From the NCBI GenBank assembly GCA_947450765.1, contig CANFXC010000002.1:21094-85093 (forward strand): a stretch of DNA of 64,000 bases. The letters are read 5' to 3'. The position numbers and the translations under genes were made by a program. Position 1 is the first letter of the stretch. Every line of letters begins with the position of its first letter. Below the pieces are notes generated by a model. The model did not search any database. It had not been told where the DNA came from and saw only the letters and a list, made by a program, of their open reading frames with translations. The DNA comes from Comamonadaceae bacterium. Its GTDB lineage: Bacteria > Pseudomonadota > Gammaproteobacteria > Burkholderiales > Burkholderiaceae_C. Below, piece by piece: positions 41,442-50,572 of the stretch.

Positions 41442-42563
41442 ATGTTATTCCAATCCTCGATGCGCAAAGAGTTGGCGCGCTCATTCGGTGCCACCTTGGT
41501 GGTGTTGATCACCATCATCATGACCATTGTTCTGATCAGAACCCTGGGGCAGGCCGCCCGTGGTTCCATCAGTCCGCAGGACGTTCTGCTCATCATGGCT
41601 TATTCGGCACTCGGCCGCTTGCCCATCATCCTCACCTTGTCGCTGTTCATTTCAATGGTCAGCACGCTGTCGCGCATGTACAAAGACAGCGAAATGGTGG
41701 TCTGGTTCGCCAGCGGCCGCGGTTTGATTGTTTTTCTCGGGCCCTTGTTCCGTTTTGCCTGGCCGGTGCTACTGGTCATTGCCCTAGCCTCACTTTTTGT
41801 CTGGCCTTGGTCTAACGAACAAACCATGGAGATGCGACAGCGCTACGAACAACGTGGCGACCTGGATCGCATTGCACCGGGAGAGTTTCAAGAGTCTTCA
41901 AGCGGCAGTCGTGTATTTTTCATTGACCGCAGCTCTGAAGGACGTACCGGAAGCAACAATATTTTTATCTCTTCGACAGACAAAGGCAAAAGCGCCATCA
42001 CGACCGCTCGTGCGGGGCGGATCGAAGTGATGGGCGGCTCCCAAATGCTGATTCTTGAAAATGGCCAGCGCCTTGAAAACTCCACAGGCAATTCGGCCTT
42101 GAAAATCAGTGATTTTGAAGAGTATGGCGTGCGCACCGGCAATAGCAATGTGCTGGGACCTGGCGAACAAGATCTCAGCACCATCTCAACCCGAAACCTG
42201 ATCAAGTACCCCACCCGTGGCAACTTAGCAGAACTGGCTTGGCGGATAGGCTTGGCCCTGTCAGCCATCAATTTTGTGTTGATTGCATTGGCGCTGGCGG
42301 CTGTTAATCCGCGCGCAGGGCGCAGCAGCAATCTCATCTTTGTCATGTTCACCTTCGTTGTTTACTCGAACTTGATGAGCATCGGACAAGGCTGGGTATC
42401 GCTAGGACTGGTGAGCTTCAGCGCGCTGCTGCTCATGATGCATGGCGGCGTGTTCATCATCAGCATGGCTTGGCTGGCAAAGCGACACCTGAACTGGAGC
42501 CTGAGAGACATGCTGCGCAGCCGAGTAGCCCAACTTTCCACGGAGGCAAAGGTTCAGCCATGA
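41442..42563 (+). CDS. lptF: LPS export ABC transporter permease LptF
   Basis: DSEMVVW, periplasmic jellyroll region, ELAWR, NPR. Divergent from pepA. Confidence 0.92.
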   Translation: MLFQSSMRKELARSFGATLVVLITIIMTIVLIRTLGQAARGSISPQDVLLIMAYSALGRLPIILTLSLFISMVSTLSRMYKDSEMVVWFASGRGLIVFLGPLFRFAWPVLLVIALASLFVWPWSNEQTMEMRQRYEQRGDLDRIAPGEFQESSSGSRVFFIDRSSEGRTGSNNIFISSTDKGKSAITTARAGRIEVMGGSQMLILENGQRLENSTGNSALKISDFEEYGVRTGNSNVLGPGEQDLSTISTRNLIKYPTRGNLAELAWRIGLALSAINFVLIALALAAVNPRAGRSSNLIFVMFTFVVYSNLMSIGQGWVSLGLVSFSALLLMMHGGVFIISMAWLAKRHLNWSLRDMLRSRVAQLSTEAKVQP

Positions 42564-43705
42564 AAACCGTTCGCAAGCTGATTTACCAAGAGGTACTCAC
42601 GTCGATTGCACTGGTCGCCATCGGATTTTTGTCGCTGTTTTTCTTTTTTGACCTGGTCGACGAACTTCAGGCCATCGGGAAAAGCAATGGTTTGCCAGGT
42701 GAAGGCAACACCTACCTGCTCGGCCACGCGCTGCTGTATGTGAGTCTGCAACTGCCCAACCACCTGTATGAGTTGCTCCCCATCTCCGTTCTGATCGGTA
42801 CTATTTTCGTGATGGCCAGGCTCGCGCAGAGCTCTGAGTTCACCATTCTGCGCACCAGCGGACTCGGGCCGTGGCGAGCGCTAAGGTTGCTGCTAGCCAT
42901 GGGCGGGATGTTTGTGGTCCTCAGTTTTGCGGTAGGCGACTACATCGCGCCAGTCGCAGACAGGGGCGCCCAACTGCTCAAAGCCAAATACCAGGGGCGT
43001 ATCACCATCGGCCAGACTGGCGCTTGGCTCAAAGAAAAACAGACCTACAGCAACTCCGTCGTGAATGTGCGTGCGCTGTCCTCTGACAACGAGATGCAAG
43101 GCGTGCGCATCTTTGAGTTCGACAACAAGGGCCTTGTGGTGTCGACCACTGAAGCGGCCTCCGCACAGTTCCTCGAAGATGACTCATGGTTGCTCAAGAA
43201 GACCCAGCGCACAGACTTTCAAATCAGGCCCAGCCTTGACGGTGCCAACAAAGCAGCGGAATCTGCCAACGTGAGCATCAGCCACGCAGAAGAGCAACGC
43301 TGGCCGACCGACATCAGCGCGGAAATGGTGTCCGTCGCGCTGCTCAAGCCAGACCGTATGGCCACCTATGACCTGTTCAACTACGTGCAGCATTTGAAAG
43401 CCAACGGACAAACCGCCCAGCGCTACGAAATCGAATTCTGGAAAAAGGTTTTTTACCCGCTGAGTTGTCTGGTGATGGTCATGCTGGCGCTGCCGTTTGC
43501 CTACTTGCATTTCCGCTCTGGCAGCGTGACCTCCTATGTGTTTGGCGGCGTCATGATCGGTATCAGTTTTTTCCTGCTGAACAATGTCTTTGGCTACATC
43601 GGTAACTTGCAAAACTGGCAACCTTGGCTGGCCGCGGCAACCCCCGGGCTTTTGTATGGTGCTGTTTCCATGGGCGCTTTTGGCTGGCTCGTGCTTCGAC
43701 GATAA
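42560..43705 (+). CDS. lptG: LPS export ABC transporter permease LptG
   Basis: SEFTILRTSG, EFWKK..YP. ATGA overlap with lptF. Confidence 0.92.
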   Translation: MKTVRKLIYQEVLTSIALVAIGFLSLFFFFDLVDELQAIGKSNGLPGEGNTYLLGHALLYVSLQLPNHLYELLPISVLIGTIFVMARLAQSSEFTILRTSGLGPWRALRLLLAMGGMFVVLSFAVGDYIAPVADRGAQLLKAKYQGRITIGQTGAWLKEKQTYSNSVVNVRALSSDNEMQGVRIFEFDNKGLVVSTTEAASAQFLEDDSWLLKKTQRTDFQIRPSLDGANKAAESANVSISHAEEQRWPTDISAEMVSVALLKPDRMATYDLFNYVQHLKANGQTAQRYEIEFWKKVFYPLSCLVMVMLALPFAYLHFRSGSVTSYVFGGVMIGISFFLLNNVFGYIGNLQNWQPWLAAATPGLLYGAVSMGAFGWLVLRR

Positions 43706-43730
43706 AAGTGAATCCCCTTTGAAGACCCTC

Positions 43731-44090
43731 ATGAAACCCGCCATCATCTTGTTTGCCCACGGCTCCAGAGACCCGCTCTGGAGGCTTCCCATTGAGGCCG
43801 TCGCCGCTGAAATTCAATCCCGCGATCAAAGCGTGCAAGTCAGTTGCGCTTACCTAGAGTTGTGTTTGCCCAGTCTGCCGCAGGCCGCAGCTGAGTTCAT
43901 CGCCGCTGGCGTGTTGCACATCCGTGTTTTTCCGCTCTTTCTCGGCGTCGGTAAACACGCTCGCGAAGATCTGCCGGTCATCATTGAAGAAATTCGCACG
44001 GCCCACCCGGGACTGCGGCTCGAGTTGCTGCCGACCGCTGGCGAATCGCCGCAACTGACGGCACTGATGGCGGATATCGCCTTGGCTTGA
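43731..44090 (+). CDS. Short CbiX/SirB-type sirohydrochlorin chelatase
   Basis: LFAHGSRDP, AYLEL..P, PLFLGVGKH. Single domain of 119 aa. Confidence 0.85.
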   Translation: MKPAIILFAHGSRDPLWRLPIEAVAAEIQSRDQSVQVSCAYLELCLPSLPQAAAEFIAAGVLHIRVFPLFLGVGKHAREDLPVIIEEIRTAHPGLRLELLPTAGESPQLTALMADIALA

Positions 44091-44159
44091 GCAAAGCATC
44101 AAAGGATTTCTTTAGCGCCAAAATGGCATAATGAATCTCCCAATCTGCCAGTATTTGAT

Positions 44160-45104
44160 ATGAACCTTCATCAGTTTCGCTTTGTTCAAGAAGCCGTCCG
44201 CCGCAACCTTAATTTGACCGAAACTGCACGCGCCCTGCACACCTCGCAACCAGGCGTGTCCAAGGCCATCATTGAGTTGGAGGAAGAGTTGGGCGTGGAG
44301 ATCTTTGCCCGACACGGCAAACGCCTGAAACGCGTGACCGAGCCCGGCCAGCACGTCCTGAAAAGCATTGAGCTCATCATGCGTGAAGTCGGTAACCTGA
44401 AACGCATTGGCGAGCAGTTTTCAGCCCAGGACAGCGGCACCCTCTCCATCGCCACCACCCACACGCAAGCCCGGTATGTGCTGCCGCAACCCGTCGCCCG
44501 GCTGCGCGAAGCTTTCCCCAAGGTGAACGTCAGCCTGCACCAGGGCTCGCCCGACCAAGTTGCCCGCATGCTGATTGACGAGGTGGCCGAGATCGGCATC
44601 GCCACCGAGTCACTCGACCATTACGACGAACTGATCACCCTGCCCTGCTATGAATGGCAGCACATGCTGGTGATGCCGGCAGACCACCCGCTGGCGCGCC
44701 AAACCAACATCACCTTGGAAGAACTGGCCGAGCAACCGCTGATCACCTACCACCCGTCTTTCACCGGCCGCACCAAAATCGACGAAGCCTTTGCCGCGAA
44801 GCGCTTGCACCCGCGCATTGCGCTGGAGGCGATTGACTCGGACGTTATCAAAACTTATGTCCGGCTCGGTTTGGGCGTTGGCATCGTGGCTGAAATGGCA
44901 CTGAAAGACGATGGCACCAACACCGATCTGATTTCTCTGCCTGCGGGCCAGCTTTTTGGCGTGAACGTCGCACGGGTGGCCTTCAAACGCAGCGCTTACT
45001 TGCGCAATTTTGTTTATAAATTTGCGGAACTGGTGAGCGACAAGCTGACTCGTGAGCAAATCGCCAAGGCCATGTCTGGCCGCCTCCATGACGACGAAGT
45101 TTGA
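44160..45104 (+). CDS. cysB: CysB/Cbl family LysR regulator
   Basis: LHTSQPGVSK, IATTHTQARY, AIDSDVIKTYVRLGLGVGI. Confidence 0.92.
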   Translation: MNLHQFRFVQEAVRRNLNLTETARALHTSQPGVSKAIIELEEELGVEIFARHGKRLKRVTEPGQHVLKSIELIMREVGNLKRIGEQFSAQDSGTLSIATTHTQARYVLPQPVARLREAFPKVNVSLHQGSPDQVARMLIDEVAEIGIATESLDHYDELITLPCYEWQHMLVMPADHPLARQTNITLEELAEQPLITYHPSFTGRTKIDEAFAAKRLHPRIALEAIDSDVIKTYVRLGLGVGIVAEMALKDDGTNTDLISLPAGQLFGVNVARVAFKRSAYLRNFVYKFAELVSDKLTREQIAKAMSGRLHDDEV

Positions 45105-45108
45105 CCCC

Positions 45109-46302
45109 ATGACCTTATTAACATCTGCCGCCGCCGTGCGCGAGCACACCCCCGCCCTGACCAGTCGCCTGCCGAATGTCGGCACCACCATCTTCACCGT
45201 CATGTCGGCGCTGGCCACTGAAAAAAATGCGGTCAATTTGGGCCAAGGATTTCCTGATTTTGAGTGTGACCCGGCCTTGGTCAATGCGGTCACAGACGCG
45301 ATGCAGCGCGGCCTGAACCAATACCCGCCCATGACCGGTGTGCCCGTATTGCGTGAAGCCATCGCAACCAAAATTCAAACACTGCACGGCCGCAGCTACA
45401 ACCCGAACACCGAAATCACGGTCACGGCAGGCGCCACACAGGCCATCATCACCATCATTCTCGCCATCGTCCATCCCGGTGATGAAGTCATCGTGCTGGA
45501 GCCTTGCTACGACAGCTATGTGCCGAACATCGAATTGGCAGGCGGACAAGTGGTGCGGGTGCCGCTGACGCCCGGGACTTTTCGGCCAGACTTTGAGAAA
45601 ATTGCCGCCGCCATCAACCCTAAAACGCGCGCCATCATCATCAACTCACCGCACAACCCGAGCGCGACGGTGTGGACAGAAGCTGAGATGTTGAAGCTGC
45701 AAGCCTTACTGGCGCCGACAGAGGTTTTGCTCATCAGCGACGAAGTTTATGAACACATGGTGTTTGACGCTGCGCTAGGCGCACAGCATCACAGCGCCGT
45801 GCGCTTTCCGGGCTTGGCGGCGCGGGCCTTCATTGTCAGCAGCTTTGGTAAAACTTATCACGTTACTGGCTGGAAAGTTGGCTATGTCGCAGCGCCTGCA
45901 GCGCTCACGGCAGAGTTCCGCAAAGTCCACCAGTTCAATGTGTTCACCGTCAACACACCCGTGCAATATGCGTTGGCCAGTTACATGGACAAGCCTGCTG
46001 CTTACCTCGAACTACCGGCGTTTTACCAACGCAAACGGGACCTGTTTCAAGCCGGCCTGGCTGCCACGCGCTTCAAGCTCTTGCCGAGCGAAGGCACGTA
46101 CTTCCAGTGCGTCGATATTTCTGATGTCAGCGACTTGGGCGAGGCCGACTTCTGCAAATGGCTGACCACAGAGATTGGCGTTGCCGCCATTCCACTGTCA
46201 GCCTTTTACGGCGATGGTTTTGATCAGCGCGTGGTGCGTTTTTGCTTCGCCAAGAAAGACGACACGCTGAAGGCGGCGTTGGAGCGACTCGCGAAGCTTT
46301 GA
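45109..46302 (+). CDS. PLP-dependent aminotransferase (YbdL/methionine aminotransferase-like)
   Basis: TTIFTVMS, NLGQGFPD, SDEVYEH, SFGKTYHVTGWKVGY, RFCFAK. Confidence 0.88.
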   Translation: MTLLTSAAAVREHTPALTSRLPNVGTTIFTVMSALATEKNAVNLGQGFPDFECDPALVNAVTDAMQRGLNQYPPMTGVPVLREAIATKIQTLHGRSYNPNTEITVTAGATQAIITIILAIVHPGDEVIVLEPCYDSYVPNIELAGGQVVRVPLTPGTFRPDFEKIAAAINPKTRAIIINSPHNPSATVWTEAEMLKLQALLAPTEVLLISDEVYEHMVFDAALGAQHHSAVRFPGLAARAFIVSSFGKTYHVTGWKVGYVAAPAALTAEFRKVHQFNVFTVNTPVQYALASYMDKPAAYLELPAFYQRKRDLFQAGLAATRFKLLPSEGTYFQCVDISDVSDLGEADFCKWLTTEIGVAAIPLSAFYGDGFDQRVVRFCFAKKDDTLKAALERLAKL

Positions 46303-46323
46303 ATACGCGGCATAAATAGTGCC

Positions 46324-46450
46324 TCTTCGTCATTGCGAGTAGTCCATCTTCGTCATTGCGAGCGTAGCGCGGCAATCCATCTTCGAGGTGCGCGGCAATC
46401 CATCTTCGAGGTGCGCGGAAATGGATTGCCGCGCTACGCTCGCAATGACG
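46324..46450. repeat. CGTC-tagged REP-like palindromic element with internal 23-bp duplications
   Basis: Perfect 30-bp inverted repeat, 46351-46380 vs 46421-46450. The 23-bp unit GCGCGGCAATCCATCTTCGAGGT occurs 2.3 times. A partial upstream copy is offset by 23 bp. Confidence 0.85.
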
Positions 46451-46466
46451 GATTGATGCGATCTGA

Positions 46467-49400
46467 TCAAGAGTTGATCTGCCCCCAAGCCTTGTCTAGC
46501 CGCTTGACGCTCACCGGCTGCGGCGTGCGAAGTTCCTGGGCAAAGAAGCTCACCCGCAACTCTTCCAGCAGCCAGCGGTATTCCTGCATGCGCGCATCGA
46601 CCGCACCCTTGCGGTCAGCCACAAGCCGCCAATAACGTTGCTCTTGCAGCTTCATCTCGGCCAGACGGGCGGTGTCGCGTGCAGGGTCTGCGCGCCATTT
46701 TTCGAGACGCAATGTGATGGCTTTCAGGTAGCGCGGGAAATGTTGCAGCTGCCCGTAAGGGGTCAGCATCAAAAAGCGTTTAGGCACCAAACGCTGCAGT
46801 TGCTGCGCCGCATCTGCAGAAGCTTCGGCAGCGTTTTTAGTGTCCTTGATCTTGCGCTGGGCGGCGGCGAACTCAATCAAGATGCTGGCGGCTAGACGTG
46901 CCACTTCACTGGCAATCAAGGTCAGCCGGCCCCGTCCGTCGTCCACCCGTTTTTTGAACTCGGCCTCGCCTGTCGGCAAGGGTTCCACCAGAAAAGCCCG
47001 GTCCAAGGCCGCGTCGATGATCTGTGTGCGCAATTCTTCAAGCGTGCCGCCGCCCGAGTTGTCGGCAGCGCGACCGACCAGCATGTAAGCCGTGGCTGTT
47101 TTTTGCAAATCAGGCAAATTTTTCTCTAAGTATTTCAGCGCATCTTTGATCTGCAAAGAAAACAAACGACGCAGCCCGGCGCGGTGTTTAGCCGCCGCCA
47201 TGTCGGGTTCGTCAAAAACCTCAATCGTCACCGCATCGCCCAAGTCGATCAGCGCCGGGAAGCCAATGAGGGTTTGTGATCCCTTGCGAATTTCCATGAG
47301 CTCGGGCAGCTCGCCAAAGCTCCAGCTGGTGTAGCGGTCTGGACTTTTGGGCGCCGCTGCTGGCGTGACTTTGGCAGTGGCCGGATGGGCGCCACGTGCC
47401 TTGCTTGAAAGGCCTGAAGCCGCTGTAGTCGGTTCTGCAACAGGAGGCGCCACCTTGAGGTTTTTAAGACCAGCCAGCGCTTGAAACGCTCCGCGCGCCT
47501 GTGCGCCTAAGTCGCCCTTGAGCGCGCCCAAATTGCGTCCCAAACCGAGTTGGCGACCGTGTTCGTCAACCACCCGAAAGTTCATGAACAGATGCGGCGG
47601 CAACATGTCGAGCTTCATGTCGTTGCGTTTGATGTCTAGCGAGGTGGCATCGCGGACCCACTTGAGGACAGCGTCAGTGAGCGAACCACCACCCCATTTG
47701 TCGGGCTGCAGCAAATCAGCCGCCATGCGGGCAGCCGTTTCAGGCAGCGGCACCAGACGTGAACGCGGCCGCTGATGCAGCGTTTTGATCAGCGCTTGAA
47801 TCTTGTCCTTGAGCAAACCCGGCACCAGCCATTCGCAGCGCTCGTCATTCACTTGGTTCAAGGCAAACAGCGGCACTTCCACCGTGACGCCGTCTTTCGC
47901 ATCACCGGGCTCGTGCAAATAACTCACGCTGCAGTCCACACCCCCTAGGCGCAATGCTCGGGGAAAAGCCTGCGTGGTGATGCCGGCCGCTTCATGGCGC
48001 ATGAGTTCTTCGCGCGACAACAGCAGCAACTGCGGCTGCTTTTTGACTTCGTCTTTGTACCAGTGCTCACAACCGGCCCCGGTGCAAATGTCAGTCGGCA
48101 ATTGCTGGTCATAAAAAGCGTAAATCAGCTCTTCATCGACGAGCACGTCTTGACGGCGCGCTTTGTGTTCCAGGTCTTGCACCTGGACGATGAGTTTTTG
48201 ATTCGCCGCTAAAAATGGCAGCTTGGTGTCCCAGTTGCCAGCCACCAGCGCTTCGCGAATAAAAATTTCACGGGCGCCCACCGGGTCGACACGACCGAAG
48301 TTGACGCGGCGGCCGTTGTAGATCACCAAGCCATACAGCGTGGCGCGCTCCAAGGCCGTGACTTGCGCGGCTTTTTTCTCCCAATGCGGGTCCAACAGCT
48401 GTTTTTTTAGCAAGTGGCCGGCCACTTGCTCCACCCATTGCGGCTCGATGTTGGCGATGCCACGGCCAAACAAGCGCGTGGTTTCCACCAGCTCAGCGGC
48501 GACAATCCAGCGGCCCGGTTTTTTGCTCAGCTTGGCACCGGGATGACGGTAAAAGCGGATGCCGCGCGCGCCCAGATAGGCTTCCTCGTCTTCGGCTTTG
48601 TAGCCCAAGTTGCCAAGCAAGCCGCACAGCATCGACAAGTGCAACTGCTCGTAGCTGGCCGGCTTGCTGTTGAAGGATGACCCCCACGCTCCGCGCTTCG
48701 CGTCGTCGCTGCCCCCCGAGGGGGCCGTGCCCAGCTTGGGGCGGCCCGGCGCTGGACTGCCCCAGCCTTGCTCCATGATCACGCTGTGCAGCTGCGAATG
48801 GATGTCGCGCCATTCGCGCACGCGGCGAATGTTGACAAAGTTCTCACGCAGCAGGTTTTCATATTGCCGGTTCGAGAGCTTGTGTTCAGCCGCATGACCG
48901 CCGCGTGAATCACCCAACCACTTCCACAGCTTCAAGTAGCCGGCGAACTCGCTCTTTTCATCGTCGAATTTGGCGTGCGCTTGGTCGGCCTGCGTCTGCT
49001 TGTCCATCGGACGGTCGCGCACATCTTGCACGCTGAGCGCACTGGCAATCACCATCACCTCGTCGAGTGCTTGTCGGTCACGGGCCTCCAAAATCATGCG
49101 GCCCACGCGCGGGTCCAGCGGCAGCTTGGCCAGCGTGCGACCCACCGCGGTCAGTTCGTTGTCATCGTCGACAGCCCCCAATTCGGCCAGCAGCTGGTAG
49201 CCGTCTGCAATGGCGCGCCCCTGCGGTGGCTCAATGAAGGCAAACGCTTCAACTGCACCCAAGTGCAAGGCCTTCATACGCAAAATCACAGCCGCCAGCG
49301 AGCTGCGCAATATCTCCGGATCAGTGAAGCGCGCCCGGCCCAAAAAGTCCTGCTCGTCATACAGACGAATGCAAATACCATCGGCCACCCGACCGCAACG

Positions 49401-50459
49401 ACCGGCGCGTTGGTTCGCTGCCGCCTGCGAAATCGGCTCGACCATCAGCTGCTCGACCTTGTTCCTAAAGCTGTAGCGTTTGACCCGCGCGGTGCCAGCG
49501 TCAATCACATACCGAATCCCGGGCACTGTCAGCGAGGTCTCAGCCACGTTGGTGGCCAGCACAATGCGTCTGCCGTTGTGGCCTTCAAAAATCTGGTCCT
49601 GCTCGGCTTGGCTCAGGCGCGCAAACAGCGGCAGCACTTCGGCATTGCTCAGCAGCGGCTGGTGGCTCAGGTGTTTGCGCAGGTGGTCGGCGGCCTCCCG
49701 AATTTCGCGCTCACCCGGCAAGAACACCAGAATGTCGCCAGCGCTGTGCGGGCTGCGCCAGAGTTCATCCACGCCATCGGCAATCGCGTCGTTCAAGTCG
49801 TAGTCGCGCGACTCTTCATAAGGCCGATAGCGCTGTTCCACCGGAAACATCCGGCCCGACACCATGATCACCGGCGCAGGACCTTTGCTTGACGCGAAGT
49901 AGTCCGCGAAGCGCTGCGCATCGATCGTCGCTGAGGTGATGATAACTTTGAGGTCTGGCCGGCGCGGTAGCAGCTGGCGCAAATAACCCAGCAAAAAGTC
50001 AATGTTCAGACTGCGCTCATGCGCCTCGTCAATGATGATGGTGTCGTAGTTTTTGAGCAGCGGATCGGTCTGCGTTTCGGCCAGCAAAATACCGTCCGTC
50101 ATGAGCTTGACCGAAGCGTCACGGCTCAGGCGATCCTGAAAGCGCACCTTGTAGCCAACGACGTCGCCGAGCGTCGTCTTGAGTTCTTCGGCAATCCGTT
50201 TGGCCACGCTAGAGGCAGCAATGCGTCTCGGCTGTGTGTGGCCAATCAACGGCCCGCGGCCACCCGGGTAATTGAGCTTGCCACGGCCCATGGCCAAGGC
50301 GATTTTGGGCAGCTGCGTGGTCTTGCCCGAACCGGTTTCACCGCAGACGATGACCACCTGATGCGCCGCAATGGCGGCGGTGATTTCGTCGCGCTTACCC
50401 GACACCGGCAACGATTCGGGGAACTCAATGATCAAGGCAGGGGGTGAAATAGCGGACAA
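46467..50459 (-). CDS. hrpA: ATP-dependent RNA helicase HrpA
   Basis: GETGSGKTTQ, DEAH, SAT, QRAGRCGR, C-terminal EELRVSFFAQ. Probable TTG start at 50459; the ORF extends to 50561. Confidence 0.95.
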   Translation of the reverse strand: MSAISPPALIIEFPESLPVSGKRDEITAAIAAHQVVIVCGETGSGKTTQLPKIALAMGRGKLNYPGGRGPLIGHTQPRRIAASSVAKRIAEELKTTLGDVVGYKVRFQDRLSRDASVKLMTDGILLAETQTDPLLKNYDTIIIDEAHERSLNIDFLLGYLRQLLPRRPDLKVIITSATIDAQRFADYFASSKGPAPVIMVSGRMFPVEQRYRPYEESRDYDLNDAIADGVDELWRSPHSAGDILVFLPGEREIREAADHLRKHLSHQPLLSNAEVLPLFARLSQAEQDQIFEGHNGRRIVLATNVAETSLTVPGIRYVIDAGTARVKRYSFRNKVEQLMVEPISQAAANQRAGRCGRVADGICIRLYDEQDFLGRARFTDPEILRSSLAAVILRMKALHLGAVEAFAFIEPPQGRAIADGYQLLAELGAVDDDNELTAVGRTLAKLPLDPRVGRMILEARDRQALDEVMVIASALSVQDVRDRPMDKQTQADQAHAKFDDEKSEFAGYLKLWKWLGDSRGGHAAEHKLSNRQYENLLRENFVNIRRVREWRDIHSQLHSVIMEQGWGSPAPGRPKLGTAPSGGSDDAKRGAWGSSFNSKPASYEQLHLSMLCGLLGNLGYKAEDEEAYLGARGIRFYRHPGAKLSKKPGRWIVAAELVETTRLFGRGIANIEPQWVEQVAGHLLKKQLLDPHWEKKAAQVTALERATLYGLVIYNGRRVNFGRVDPVGAREIFIREALVAGNWDTKLPFLAANQKLIVQVQDLEHKARRQDVLVDEELIYAFYDQQLPTDICTGAGCEHWYKDEVKKQPQLLLLSREELMRHEAAGITTQAFPRALRLGGVDCSVSYLHEPGDAKDGVTVEVPLFALNQVNDERCEWLVPGLLKDKIQALIKTLHQRPRSRLVPLPETAARMAADLLQPDKWGGGSLTDAVLKWVRDATSLDIKRNDMKLDMLPPHLFMNFRVVDEHGRQLGLGRNLGALKGDLGAQARGAFQALAGLKNLKVAPPVAEPTTAASGLSSKARGAHPATAKVTPAAAPKSPDRYTSWSFGELPELMEIRKGSQTLIGFPALIDLGDAVTIEVFDEPDMAAAKHRAGLRRLFSLQIKDALKYLEKNLPDLQKTATAYMLVGRAADNSGGGTLEELRTQIIDAALDRAFLVEPLPTGEAEFKKRVDDGRGRLTLIASEVARLAASILIEFAAAQRKIKDTKNAAEASADAAQQLQRLVPKRFLMLTPYGQLQHFPRYLKAITLRLEKWRADPARDTARLAEMKLQEQRYWRLVADRKGAVDARMQEYRWLLEELRVSFFAQELRTPQPVSVKRLDKAWGQINS
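48681..48755. repeat. Palindromic element inserted in frame in hrpA
   Basis: CCCCACGCT...AGCTTGGGG outer stem and GCCCCC-CGA-GGGGGC inner hairpin. Encodes PAPGRPKLGTAPSGGSDDAKRGAWG. Confidence 0.65.
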
Positions 50460-50572
50460 GCGGTTAACTTCAGTGAACTTAGGTGAAAATCGAGGAAGAA
50501 TCCGGGAGCAACTGCGCATTATCCGTTCAGAAGCCGCCCTTAAAGACCTCACTTCCTTCACCTGAACAGCCC

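Noticed and set aside
46324-46450. Possible mini-CRISPR array (23-bp repeats)
   Set aside because: The repeats are directly tandem with no unique spacers, no cas genes are present, and the structure is an inverted REP-like dimer.
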